Made by a program: the position numbers and the translations under genes
Shown: one piece after another, positions 10,493 through 21,100 of the stretch
Layout of the letters: every line of letters begins with the position of its first letter
Position numbering within the stretch: the first letter of the stretch is position 1
Notes under the pieces: model-generated
Told to the model about the DNA's origin: nothing
The model's input: only the letters and a program-made list of their open reading frames with translations
Databases searched by the model: none
DNA from: a virus
IMG/VR virus record: IMGVR_UViG_3300020182_000012
Direction: 5' to 3' (one strand)
Length of the DNA: 64,000 nucleotides

Positions 10493-10500
10493 AAAACAAC

Positions 10501-11151
10501 ATGGGACGTCCTCTCAAAATTAAAATTTCTGATACTAGAGACGCTGGATTTAACAACCCAGACGGAAACGGTACACCAGCAGGCGAGCTATACTTTGGTC
10601 AAGTTGGCGGTAATTCAAATCTATCAAGTGGAGAGTTTCCGACAACAACATGTCGTGTTAAAATTGGCACAGTAGCAGAAGCTGAGGGTTATATTATCCG
10701 CCAAAAAGGTTCAACAAAATACCTCGTTGGCGATTCGACTGGTGTTACAGCCGGTTCGTTTATTGTTAATAACCAGTATATTATTACAGCACTTGGCAAC
10801 ACTGACTGGCAAGCAATCGGTGCAGGCAAAGATGCAGGTGTTGGTTCTACATTTACAGCAAGTGGTGTAGGTTCGGGCACTGGTACTGCTGACACAATTG
10901 GTGTTTGTGTGCTATCTGACTTGGCTGACGCTGCACTAACTGCTGACACTATGACAGTAACTTATGCAGACGAAGGCTCGACACTAGTTCGCATCAAGCG
11001 CATGACCAACAAGTATGCAATCAACTTTGCTAACGCAAAAGTATTGGTTAACTACTTTAACGTTCTTGATGACACAATCGAAAAATCAGGCGCAGAAGGT
11101 TCAACAACAACTATTAATCTAGTACAGATTGAGAATCCAAACTACGGTTAA
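10501..11151 (+). CDS. Putative virion structural (head decoration-like) protein
   Basis: Late promoter, strong AAGGAG, structural-gene codon usage; MGRPLK and GYIIRQKG..KYLV motifs. Confidence 0.6.
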   Translation: MGRPLKIKISDTRDAGFNNPDGNGTPAGELYFGQVGGNSNLSSGEFPTTTCRVKIGTVAEAEGYIIRQKGSTKYLVGDSTGVTAGSFIVNNQYIITALGNTDWQAIGAGKDAGVGSTFTASGVGSGTGTADTIGVCVLSDLADAALTADTMTVTYADEGSTLVRIKRMTNKYAINFANAKVLVNYFNVLDDTIEKSGAEGSTTTINLVQIENPNYG

Positions 11152-11172
11152 GATTAATTTTTTAACTTACTA

Positions 11173-11206
11173 ACCCTCATTGTAATAACTACAATGGGGG
11201 TTTTTT
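11173..11206 (+). terminator. Putative terminator
   Basis: ACCCTCATTGTA-ATAAC-TACAATGGGGGT followed by a T run. Confidence 0.7.
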
Positions 11207-11794
11207 ATGAGTGCAGCATTTATATTAGGAAATGGCAGAAGTAGACTAGCAGTTAATCCTAATAAATTAATGGAAATCGGTACAGTATTTGGGTGCAATC
11301 GATTGTATCAAGAGTGCACACCTCATTGCTTGGTGGCCACTGACAGGCCAATCGCCGAGGAAATACAAAATTCTGGATATGCAAAAAAACATAGATTCCA
11401 CACCCGAAAACCTATTGTGGATTTAGGAGGACAGTTTCTTGCTAAAGACTACAAAGGATTTAGCAGTGGGCCAAATGCTGCCAGTTTGGCGTTAATTGAT
11501 GGACATAGTGACATATACTTGATTGGTATGGATTTTGGAACTACCAATGGTATGGTTAACAATATCTATGTTGATACAAAATTTTACAAAAAAGAGCTCG
11601 ACCCACCAACATACCCGGGTAATTGGATTAATCAAATCATCAAGCTCACTGAAGACTTTAGCACCAGACAATTTTGGAGAATAGAAGGCCCAGAATCAGC
11701 ATTTGTGCCTAGGTTTAATAAAATACAAAATATGAGGATAATGTCTATGGACAAGTTTCTAGAGAAGGTAAATACTGCTAGAGGTCCACTATGA
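11207..11794 (+). CDS. Putative CMP-sugar-dependent glycosyltransferase (Cst-II/GT42- or Maf/DUF115-like)
   Basis: ILGNGRS, VFGCNRLY, SSGPNA, IYLIGMDF parallel the Cst-II motifs IAGNGPS, VFRCNQFY, TSG, IYLSGIDF. Confidence 0.6.
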   Translation: MSAAFILGNGRSRLAVNPNKLMEIGTVFGCNRLYQECTPHCLVATDRPIAEEIQNSGYAKKHRFHTRKPIVDLGGQFLAKDYKGFSSGPNAASLALIDGHSDIYLIGMDFGTTNGMVNNIYVDTKFYKKELDPPTYPGNWINQIIKLTEDFSTRQFWRIEGPESAFVPRFNKIQNMRIMSMDKFLEKVNTARGPL

Positions 11795-12456
11795 ACACAA
11801 AAAAAAGAATTGACGGCGATTACTATATTGAAACAATAAATGCCGATGACAGAGTATACATTGATACAGATACTCTTGAAGTTGACGGTAACTTGGTGGT
11901 TAGCGGCAACTTAACGTATATTAATACTGAAGAACTTAATGTATCAGATCCGTTTATTGTTTTAAACAGTAGTAACACAGCAACTTATGCTGCCAATGCA
12001 GGTGTATTGACTCACAAAACTGCAAGCGACTATGCTGGTATTAGATACAGTGTTGATAACGGTCGTTGGGAATTGAGCACTGCTACTAGTGCAAGTGGAG
12101 AAACTGGCACTTGGGATGCAATCGGGACAGCATCGGCTGGTTCACCAGGTGGTCCTAACACAGCTATCCAGTTTAATAATGCAGGTACGTTCGGCGGCGA
12201 AGCAGAACTTACTTGGGACCAAGGCACCGACACACTTTCAATTACAGGAATTGTTAGCGCCACTGGCAATGTTGCTGTTGACGGCGCAATTCAACTTGCT
12301 GATCAGAGTAGTGCCCCTGCCTCAGTAGCAAACACCACAGTTTTGTATGCAAACACAGTAGGTAGTGGCGGAACTGGTGTTTATTTTGTTGATGGCTCTA
12401 CATCCGACGAACTAGTAAGCAAAAGCAAGGCCATCGTTTATGGCATTATATTTTAA
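11791..12456 (+). CDS. Virion structural/fibre-associated protein
   Basis: GNLVVSGNL..DPFIVLN, AIQFNNAGTFGG, ELVSKSKAIVYGIIF. Confidence 0.6.
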   Translation: MNTKKRIDGDYYIETINADDRVYIDTDTLEVDGNLVVSGNLTYINTEELNVSDPFIVLNSSNTATYAANAGVLTHKTASDYAGIRYSVDNGRWELSTATSASGETGTWDAIGTASAGSPGGPNTAIQFNNAGTFGGEAELTWDQGTDTLSITGIVSATGNVAVDGAIQLADQSSAPASVANTTVLYANTVGSGGTGVYFVDGSTSDELVSKSKAIVYGIIF

Positions 12457-12466
12457 GGATTAAAAA

Positions 12467-12781
12467 ATGGCAATTCAAACAACCGAAGTTGTAAACTCAG
12501 ATACCACAGTGTACACAAGCTCGGACAACAGTGCAATTACATATGCAGCGTTTACAAATTATACCGGTGCTACTATTAGTATAGATATACATATTGTTCC
12601 AAGTGGAGACAGTGTAGGAAATGTTAATTGTGTTGCAAAATCATTAGAAATCACATCAACTGACACATATCAACTATATGCAGGCGGCGAAAAACTATTG
12701 CTTAGTAACAATGATTTTATTAGTGCTGTTGCAAATGTCGCAACAGGTGTAAATTCAGTAATTTCGTATACTGGTATCTAA
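12467..12781 (+). CDS. Small virion structural protein
   Basis: Beta-rich 104 aa within the structural operon. Confidence 0.55.
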   Translation: MAIQTTEVVNSDTTVYTSSDNSAITYAAFTNYTGATISIDIHIVPSGDSVGNVNCVAKSLEITSTDTYQLYAGGEKLLLSNNDFISAVANVATGVNSVISYTGI

Positions 12782-12782
12782 T

Positions 12783-13217
12783 ATGGCTGCTAATCCAAGC
12801 TCGGGGCAATTTTTAAAAAATTACAGAATACCGTCGTCTAGTACGAGTGTGGTTATTCCAGGCGGCGCAACTGCTGACCGACCTACTGCTCCAACATTTG
12901 GTAGTTTTAGATTTAACACTAGCACTGGCGGCATGGAATATTTTGATGGAACTGTATTCAAGTCAGTGGGTGTTGCTGGAGAAGCAAACTTGGTAGTTGA
13001 TGCATTCACAGGTGATGGGTCTACACTTTCTTTTACACTTAGTACATCAGTGAGCGACGAAGATCAAGTTATTACCTTTGTTTCAAACATTTATCAGCAA
13101 CCTGTGGGAGTATATACCATCACCGGTGGCGGTAACGACATTACCTTTAGTGCAGCACCCCTTGATGCTGAGCCAATTCATGTGATTCACGGACTAGGAA
13201 CAGTACCTGCAACCTAG
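12783..13217 (+). CDS. Virion structural protein with shared fibre modules
   Basis: G.TADRP...FRFNT and FTGDG...FTL...TFSAAP modules also occur at 16651 and 18125. Confidence 0.6.
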   Translation: MAANPSSGQFLKNYRIPSSSTSVVIPGGATADRPTAPTFGSFRFNTSTGGMEYFDGTVFKSVGVAGEANLVVDAFTGDGSTLSFTLSTSVSDEDQVITFVSNIYQQPVGVYTITGGGNDITFSAAPLDAEPIHVIHGLGTVPAT

Positions 13218-13228
13218 ATTAAATCTAG

Positions 13229-13236
13229 TATAAATA
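13229..13236 (+). promoter_or_regulatory. Late promoter TATAAATA
   Basis: Exact T4 late consensus upstream of 13265. Confidence 0.75.
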
Positions 13237-13264
13237 CAATAAGATTTAGAGGATAGCATTATAA

Positions 13265-16200
13265 ATGGCAATTGCACGGGTTTCTGGTAATGCATTAGCA
13301 AACGATTTACAACGGAGCACTAATTTAGCAATTAGCACAGATGCGTTGTATATCGACGTGGCTAACAGCAGAATTGGTGTTAACACTACATCAACTACCC
13401 ATGCTATTACAACACCCGACGATGCCTCAATTGGCAATGTTGTAATTACTGGTAACAGTATCACATCTAATCTTGGAAATCTTGACTTGTCAGGGTCAGA
13501 GCTTAACTTAGGTGCAGTCGAAGATATAACAATCACAGGCGGCTCAAGCGGCACAGTGTTGAGCACCGACGGTGCTGGCGTTCTAAGTTTTATTCCAATT
13601 AGTAACGTTGGGGGGCTAACAGGTAATGTTATTAGCCTTGGGACACCAACTGACGGAGATCTAACAACTAATGTAGCTTATAATGATTGGACAACTAATA
13701 CATTTGTAACTGACGGTCTTGATGATCTCAATCAAGTTGCACTAAACATTGCTAATGGCACATATGTTGGCCAAGTTGAATTTACTGGTACGCCTGTTGC
13801 AGGACCGAGCCCGCAAACTGTAACATTTAGTGGAAGTTTAGTAGGTACTGCTGATAACTATCTTTGGGACTTTGGCGATGGTAATACATCAACAAGTGGC
13901 CTTAATGTTAGTCACACGTATAACGATGATGGCGGCGGACAATTTACTGTGTCACTGACAGCATTTAACTCTGATGGCACTTACCAAGGAAATGTTTCTC
14001 TTGGCGCAAAAGGTTCAGTTGACACCAGAACTAGAACAAACTATATTACACTTTACACCCCGAATCCTGTACCGGCATTTACTATAACAGACAACAGCAT
14101 CGACAGTGGTGCATTAGCTGAGATTAATAATACATCAACAAATGTAACATCAAGCTACGAACTTGATTGGGGAGATGGTGTTGCAAATACAAACCCGGCA
14201 TTGGGCTGGACAACACTTACAAATACCTACACCAACTCAGGCGGCGACGAGCAGTACACAATTGTACTAGCTGGTACGTCAAGCACAGCCGGGCCAACTC
14301 CGGTTACAGTATACAGTGCGCCAGGAACAGTGAGTGTGTACAGTGATCACACTAGTCAGTTTACTGCTAGTGCAACTACATTAGTTAACGAAGAAGCAAC
14401 TTCCGGTGGTGTGGTAACATTTACAAACACTGTTGCCACTGACCCAGGAACTACTGCGGTGTTTGGTAGTCAGCAAAAATATCTTTGGACATGGGATGAT
14501 GGGTCAGTTGCTAATGTTAATATACAAAGTGGAGTTGCCGGTAACCCAGGATCTACTATTGATCATACGTTTGCCCTCAGTTCAGGTAATCAAGCAAGCG
14601 GCACGAGCCAAACATTTGATGTTACTTTACAGGTAAGAAACGGCAGCACCAATTCACCTTTTGTGAGTGGTACTACTACAATTACAATTGAACCAGATGT
14701 GAGATCAATCTACACCGGGTCCGCAGTCACACTCAGTGACAGAACAGGCGATAATGCACAAGATGGTTATGTATTTACAGACTATCGTGACGGTGCAGAC
14801 AGAGCATTATTTACATTTGACAATATCAGTCAGAATGCAACAATATTTGATTGGGCGTTCGGCGACGGCAACACAACTGGTAACATTACTAGTGGTGCTG
14901 GTACACCTGGTAATGGTAATATTACCAACACTTATTCAAGCACAGGCAACTATACAGTTGAGCTAGATGTTTACGGAACTCCTGCTACTATAGCACAATC
15001 TGACAGCGAAGTCAAGAGCAACTATATTCAAATTAATGCAAATCCTGCACAACCAGGTGCATTAAGTACTAAGACATTGAGTTTACAAGATTCAAGTCAA
15101 GGGACGTCTCCATTGTTGGCAGCTAATGCTACAGATAATAGTGGAGGTAACATTGTTGCAGCAGGATCGAGTGTTACACGCTATACAACTACTACAACTA
15201 TTAATACAAACAATGTTACAAATGCAAATACTGCTATATCAGGAACACTGTCAGCACAGTTTAACGGATCAGCAGCAGGCAATGTTACATTTACTAGCAG
15301 CGGTGATGCATCGGGTACATACACAGATTTGATTGTTGTTGCAGATGGCGATGCACACGATGAAATTAGTGCAAGCACTTACCCAAGTGGATTTGCTAAA
15401 GTATTTGATGCACGGTGGCAACGTGCCCTTAGTGGAATTAGTGTAGGTTACAACGATGCAAAATTAAGTCATACCACTACCGGCGACACTAATCTTGTTG
15501 ATTTTGTTAAAGATGACATGACTGATGTACCGACGGTAGTGCAAGGTAACGCAGTTATTGTAGAACAAACTGCCGGCACTTACAGATATATTTCGGGTGT
15601 ACCATATTACAATACAGGCAGTCCTGCTATTCAAATTCAGGGTTTAGAAGTATCCAACTTGACAGGGCAGACATACAGAAATACCAGTCAGCCTATACAG
15701 TTTACCACAGGCACATTAGCTGAGGGCACAAGCGGCAGTATTATTAACACACAAACAAAAACCTACAGTGATATCAACGGAACTCCAAGTTTTGTTACTG
15801 CTGGAATTGTTAATGCAGACGTTGGTGTTGCAAGCCCGCAACCAATGGGTAATATTACACTGAGTGTAAACGGTAGCGCAAGAGCAGTTGGGTATGTTGA
15901 TAGTCAGATGTTCAATGTTAACGGATCTAGTGGTGTAGTAAACATAACTAATCAATATATTCAAATCTACAGTGCAAGTTTATCAGGATTTGATGAACAA
16001 AATATTCCTGTTGCAGATGCACTAGGAAGTGTTTTTGACGATGATGGGTTGCGAATCACTGGATTAGGAAGTGCAGCAGACAACCCTGCATTTAACAGTG
16101 CAACAAACTATTATACTTCCAATGCCTGGAGTGGTGCAGAGACAATTGCCGGAACACAAGAAGCAGTTGTGCGCTGGGGCACATTGGATCACTTTACTAC

Positions 16201-16651
16201 AGACTTTAGCAGTGGCTATTTGCCATCTGGGCCTGACCTAAACACAGGACGAAGTGGCACACAATATTTTACATTTGCATTCCGTAGAGCAACAATGGCC
16301 AACTTTGACATTAGTTTAAACAGTGCAACAGGTATTACTGGACTTTGGATTGCTGCACCTGGTACTACTATTGACGATGCAAGCACTGCAAACGGCTGGG
16401 TTAATGGTACTGTACAGTATGCAGGTTCGGGTGTACCTGGGGACGACACCGGTAACGGTGGTAATGGATCTTTGGGTTGTGCACTCACTGGTGCTGATGT
16501 AATACCAACAGGTAGTACAATTAATGCTGCCTATACTATGACATTAGGTAGTGAAAACAGTTCAAATTCAACTGGTAACAACGTATTAGTTCGCATTGCA
16601 TTAGCAAGCGGAGAATCACTTACCAGCGTTAGTGTAGGAGTAGCAAGCTAA
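13265..16651 (+). CDS. Large PKD-domain virion/fibre protein
   Basis: Repeated PKD signatures (WDFGDG...HTY, WGDG, WTWDDG, WAFGDG...NTYSSTGNYTV); Thr/Ser/Gly-rich. Confidence 0.75.
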   Translation: MAIARVSGNALANDLQRSTNLAISTDALYIDVANSRIGVNTTSTTHAITTPDDASIGNVVITGNSITSNLGNLDLSGSELNLGAVEDITITGGSSGTVLSTDGAGVLSFIPISNVGGLTGNVISLGTPTDGDLTTNVAYNDWTTNTFVTDGLDDLNQVALNIANGTYVGQVEFTGTPVAGPSPQTVTFSGSLVGTADNYLWDFGDGNTSTSGLNVSHTYNDDGGGQFTVSLTAFNSDGTYQGNVSLGAKGSVDTRTRTNYITLYTPNPVPAFTITDNSIDSGALAEINNTSTNVTSSYELDWGDGVANTNPALGWTTLTNTYTNSGGDEQYTIVLAGTSSTAGPTPVTVYSAPGTVSVYSDHTSQFTASATTLVNEEATSGGVVTFTNTVATDPGTTAVFGSQQKYLWTWDDGSVANVNIQSGVAGNPGSTIDHTFALSSGNQASGTSQTFDVTLQVRNGSTNSPFVSGTTTITIEPDVRSIYTGSAVTLSDRTGDNAQDGYVFTDYRDGADRALFTFDNISQNATIFDWAFGDGNTTGNITSGAGTPGNGNITNTYSSTGNYTVELDVYGTPATIAQSDSEVKSNYIQINANPAQPGALSTKTLSLQDSSQGTSPLLAANATDNSGGNIVAAGSSVTRYTTTTTINTNNVTNANTAISGTLSAQFNGSAAGNVTFTSSGDASGTYTDLIVVADGDAHDEISASTYPSGFAKVFDARWQRALSGISVGYNDAKLSHTTTGDTNLVDFVKDDMTDVPTVVQGNAVIVEQTAGTYRYISGVPYYNTGSPAIQIQGLEVSNLTGQTYRNTSQPIQFTTGTLAEGTSGSIINTQTKTYSDINGTPSFVTAGIVNADVGVASPQPMGNITLSVNGSARAVGYVDSQMFNVNGSSGVVNITNQYIQIYSASLSGFDEQNIPVADALGSVFDDDGLRITGLGSAADNPAFNSATNYYTSNAWSGAETIAGTQEAVVRWGTLDHFTTDFSSGYLPSGPDLNTGRSGTQYFTFAFRRATMANFDISLNSATGITGLWIAAPGTTIDDASTANGWVNGTVQYAGSGVPGDDTGNGGNGSLGCALTGADVIPTGSTINAAYTMTLGSENSSNSTGNNVLVRIALASGESLTSVSVGVAS

Positions 16652-17928
16652 TGGCACTCGCAGATAGCACTAAAGTTGATTTTCTTTGGAAGAAGCTAGG
16701 GTTTGGCGTTGCTAAAACTGCTCCTCCCTCAAATAAAGAAGCGTTCAATGAAAGTATACCATCGCCGCTATTAATGCGTGGTGATAGAGTTTGGCAGCAA
16801 TCTGGAACTATTCCTAGTGTTAAACCGAGTTCATCTAGTAGTATTGTGGAAGTCTATCAGGATGCAGCAGGCGGCCAGTCAACTGTTGAAACCACTGAAG
16901 ATTTAACAGCGCCAGACAACCAAACCTGGAAAACTAATTTAACAGATTGGATCCCAACTGAATTTGGATCAACTTATCTTGTTAAAGTTTATGTCGACAA
17001 CGAAGGCGCAGCAAATCCACAAAGCACAGGAACACAATTATTCCAAAGCGGTAGTGGCAACGAAGACGGCTGGTTCTTTGATTATCAAGCAGGTGTACTT
17101 AACTTTAACGGCGAAAATATTCCAAGTCAAATAGATACAGGTGTTACAGGAAAATCAATTTATATTGTTGGTGCTAGATATGTTGGCACGTTTGGAGTTG
17201 GATCAAGTAGCCAGCTTGGTAACTTAACAGTTGCCGACACTACACTCGGCACAGTAAATGCAGGAGATAATATTATCCTTGAAGTTACTGGCAGCGGCAC
17301 AGTGCAAATTGATACAACAACTGCTCTCGGCATTGCTGTCGGAAACACAGCCCAGCGCCCCGGCTCACCAGAGACTGGGGATTTAAGATTTAATACAACA
17401 ACCGGATTTGTTGAAGTATATGATGGCACTAGCTGGGACAATGTAGGCGGCAGCGAATTTGGTTCAATTACTAGCCAAACACTAACTGGTGATGATAGTA
17501 CAACTGCATTTACACTAAATCAAGCAGCAAGCACTGCTGGTATTATTGTTAGTATTAACGGTACCATCCAAGAACCAACGAGCTCCTACAGCGTTAGCGG
17601 TACCACAATAACATTTACCGAAGCTCCAGCTACTGGGGACACAATCGAAGTAAGATTTATTAGTGCTGTTACTACGGTGTCTAGTATTACAAATCTTAGC
17701 GGTAATGCAACAGTTGAGGTGTTAACAAACGGTGTTGTTGAAATGAGCACTGTACAGAGTTTACAATTGCCGACCTATACTGTAGCCACTGCGGCTAACA
17801 TTGCTAATGTTGCAGACGGGCAAATAATCTACGTCAGTGATGGTGACGGCGGCAGTCCAAGCCTAGCAGTATACAGTGTTAACAATTGGAAAAAAGTTTT
17901 ATTATCTGGAAATATTAGTGCCGTATAA
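16651..17928 (+). CDS. Virion structural/fibre protein
   Basis: WFFDYQAGVLNF domain plus the shared GNTAQRP and TGDDSTTAFTL modules. Confidence 0.65.
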   Translation: MALADSTKVDFLWKKLGFGVAKTAPPSNKEAFNESIPSPLLMRGDRVWQQSGTIPSVKPSSSSSIVEVYQDAAGGQSTVETTEDLTAPDNQTWKTNLTDWIPTEFGSTYLVKVYVDNEGAANPQSTGTQLFQSGSGNEDGWFFDYQAGVLNFNGENIPSQIDTGVTGKSIYIVGARYVGTFGVGSSSQLGNLTVADTTLGTVNAGDNIILEVTGSGTVQIDTTTALGIAVGNTAQRPGSPETGDLRFNTTTGFVEVYDGTSWDNVGGSEFGSITSQTLTGDDSTTAFTLNQAASTAGIIVSINGTIQEPTSSYSVSGTTITFTEAPATGDTIEVRFISAVTTVSSITNLSGNATVEVLTNGVVEMSTVQSLQLPTYTVATAANIANVADGQIIYVSDGDGGSPSLAVYSVNNWKKVLLSGNISAV

Positions 17929-17983
17929 CGCCGTGTGAACAGATTATAAAAAAAAATAGCAGAATTTATTTTTCTTAATTATT

Positions 17984-17991
17984 TATAAATA
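17984..17991 (+). promoter_or_regulatory. Late promoter TATAAATA
   Basis: Exact consensus, about 130 nt upstream of the long fibre gene. Confidence 0.75.
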
Positions 17992-18124
17992 ACAGTAATA
18001 GAATACGTAATATTCTGTTAACGTAATTAATAAGCGTGACTGGCGATGTGAGAGCCCGTGGGTGAGTAGCATAGCTGAAGATACCTTATATTAAAACCGG
18101 TTTAATATTTGGAGATAATAAAAC

Positions 18125-21100
18125 ATGGCTATAACCAGAATTAAGAATAACCAGATTACCGACAGTACTATTGTCGCTAGTTCTAAACTAGTTGACAACA
18201 GTATTAGTGCAGGTAAGCTGGCAGACGATCTGGTATACGGTAGTAACCTTACCGTAACAGGAAATCTAACAGTACAAGGTACAAGTACAACACTTGATAC
18301 TGTAAACACACTAATCGAAGATCCAATCTTGCTATTGGCTAAAGATCAAACCGGCTCGCCCGTTTTTGACATTGGCTTTGTCGGCGAACGTGGGGATTCA
18401 ACTAATATCGCATGGATTTGGGACGAAAGTGCAAGTGAATTTGCAGCAGGGTTCACATCAGCAGATGCAAGTGGCAACGTGGTTGCGCTATCAAGTTATG
18501 CTGATGCACAAGTTGCAGACCTTACATTGGTCAACATGGCACCAAGTGGTAACGTAACAACAGCACTAAATGTTGATGCTACAATCGAAGCTGGTACTTC
18601 TATCGAAGCGCCAACACTAACAGACGGTACAATGAGTATCAATGCTGGTAGTATCACAGGTGGCGTAGCTGCTACATTCAGTGGTAACGTAAGTGCTGGT
18701 AACTTGATTACTGCTGGTGCTCTTGAAGCAGCAGCACTAACTGCAACCGGTAATGTAACTGGTGGCAATATTGTATCACAAGCAGACGTAACAACTGTTA
18801 GCGTAACTGCAAGTGGCACCGTCGAAGGTGGCACATTAACTGATGGTACTGCAAGTCTTAACGCAGGCAGTATCACAGGTGGTGTTGCTGCTACGTTTAG
18901 TGGTAATGTTGATAGTGGTAATGTTAACACAACATTGGTTGATGCAACTACACTAACAGCAAGTGGTACTGTAACAGGCGGTACACTAACTGATGGTACA
19001 CTATCTAGTACAGCTGGTACTGTAACAGGTGGCGTAGCTGCTACATTTAGTGGCAATGTTGATTCAGGCAATGTTAACACAACATTGGTTGATGCAACTA
19101 CACTAACAGCAAGTGGTACTGTAACAGGTGGCACATTAACTGATGGTACAGCAAGTATTACTGCTGGTACACTAACAGGCGGCGTAGCTGCTACGTTTAG
19201 TGGCAATGTAACTGCTGGTAACTTGATTACAGGCGGTGCACTTGAAGCACAAGCACTAACAGCCATTGGTAATGTAACTGGTGGCAATATTGTATCACTA
19301 GCAGACGTAACAACTGTCTCTGTAACAGCATCAGGTACTGTTGAAGGTGGTACACTAACTGATGGCACTGCTACACTAACTGGTGGTAGTATCACAGGTG
19401 GCGTTGCTGCTACGTTCAGTGGTAATGTTGACAGTGGTAATGTTAACACAACACTAGTTGATGCAACTACATTGACTGCAAGTGGCACTGTAACAGGTGG
19501 CACATTAACTGATGGCACATTGAGTTCAACTGGTGGTACTGTAACAGGTGGCGTAGCTGCTACATTCAGTGGTCAAGTAAGTGCTGGTACACTAACTGAT
19601 GGCACATTGAGTATCAACTCAGGTGCAATCACAGGCGGAACTAATGCTACATTTACTGGTACAGTACAGGGCCTAGACGTAACCGCAACTGGCAACGTAA
19701 ATGCTAGTGTGGTTAACACAACTGACGTTAAAGGTACTTCGGTAACTCTTACTGCAACTGGCACAAATGAAGACATTGTTCTTCTTCCAAGTGGCACAGG
19801 CGTTATTGATGCGAGTAGTGCAAAAATTGTTTCTCTTGCAGATCCAGTACAAGATAGTGACGCAGCCAATAAAGGCTATGTTGACAGTGTTGCAGAAGGT
19901 CTTGACGTTAAAGGTTCAACTAGAGCCGCAACTGCTACTGCTCTACCAGCCAACACATACAACAACGGTTCATCTGGTGTAGGTGCTACACTAACAGGTA
20001 ATGCCAACGGTGCATTGGCTAATCAAGATGATGTTGTAATGGCACAAGGCGATAGACTACTTGTTAAAGACGAATCTACTGCCGCAAACAATGGTATCTA
20101 TGTTGTAACTACACTTGGTGACGCAGGCACTGCCTACGTTCTAACTCGTGCAGAAGACATGGATGGTTCACCTACTAGTGAAATTCCAGGTGCGTTTACT
20201 TTTGTTGAAGAAGGCACAGTATACCTTGATAGTGGTTGGGTTTGTACAACAAACGCTCCGGTTACTATGGGTACAACTGCTATTAACTGGAGTCAGTTCT
20301 CCGGTGCTGGTTCAATTGTAGCAGGCGACGGTCTATCTAAATCAGGTAATGAGCTATCTGTAAATGTTGACGAAACTACAACTACAATCACTGCTGATGC
20401 AGTTGTTGTTAAAGCAGGCGCACAGTTTGTAACACCAGATATTGGTGCTGCTACCGGTACAAGTCTAACTGCAACAGGCACCGTTGAAGGTGCTACACTA
20501 ACTGATGGTACTGCAAGTATTAATGCTGGTACACTAACAGGCGGCGTAGCCGCTACATTCAGTGGTAACGTTGACAGTGGTAATGTTAACACAACACTAG
20601 TTGATGCAACTACTGTAACAGCAAGTGGCACTGTAACAGGTGGTACACTAACAGACGGCACGTTGAGTTCAACTGGTGGTACTGTAACTGGCGGCGTAGC
20701 TGCTACATTCAGTGGCAATGTCGACAGTGGTAATGTTAACACAACACTAGTTGATGCAACTACATTGACTGCAAGTGGCACTGTAACAGGTGGTACACTA
20801 ACTGATGGTACTGCAAGTATTACTGCTGGTACACTAACAGGTGGTGTTGCTGCTACATTCAGTGGTAACGTAACTGCCGGTAACTTGATTACAGGTGGTG
20901 CACTTGAAGCACAAGCACTAACTGCAACCGGTAATGTAACTGGTGGCAATATTGTATCACTAGCAGACGTCACAACAGTATCTGTAACTGCAAGTGGCAC
21001 TGTTGAAGGCGGTACACTAACTGATGGTACTGCAAGTATTAATGCCGGTACATTAACAGGTGGTGTTGCTGCTACATTCAGTGGTAACGTTGACAGTGGT

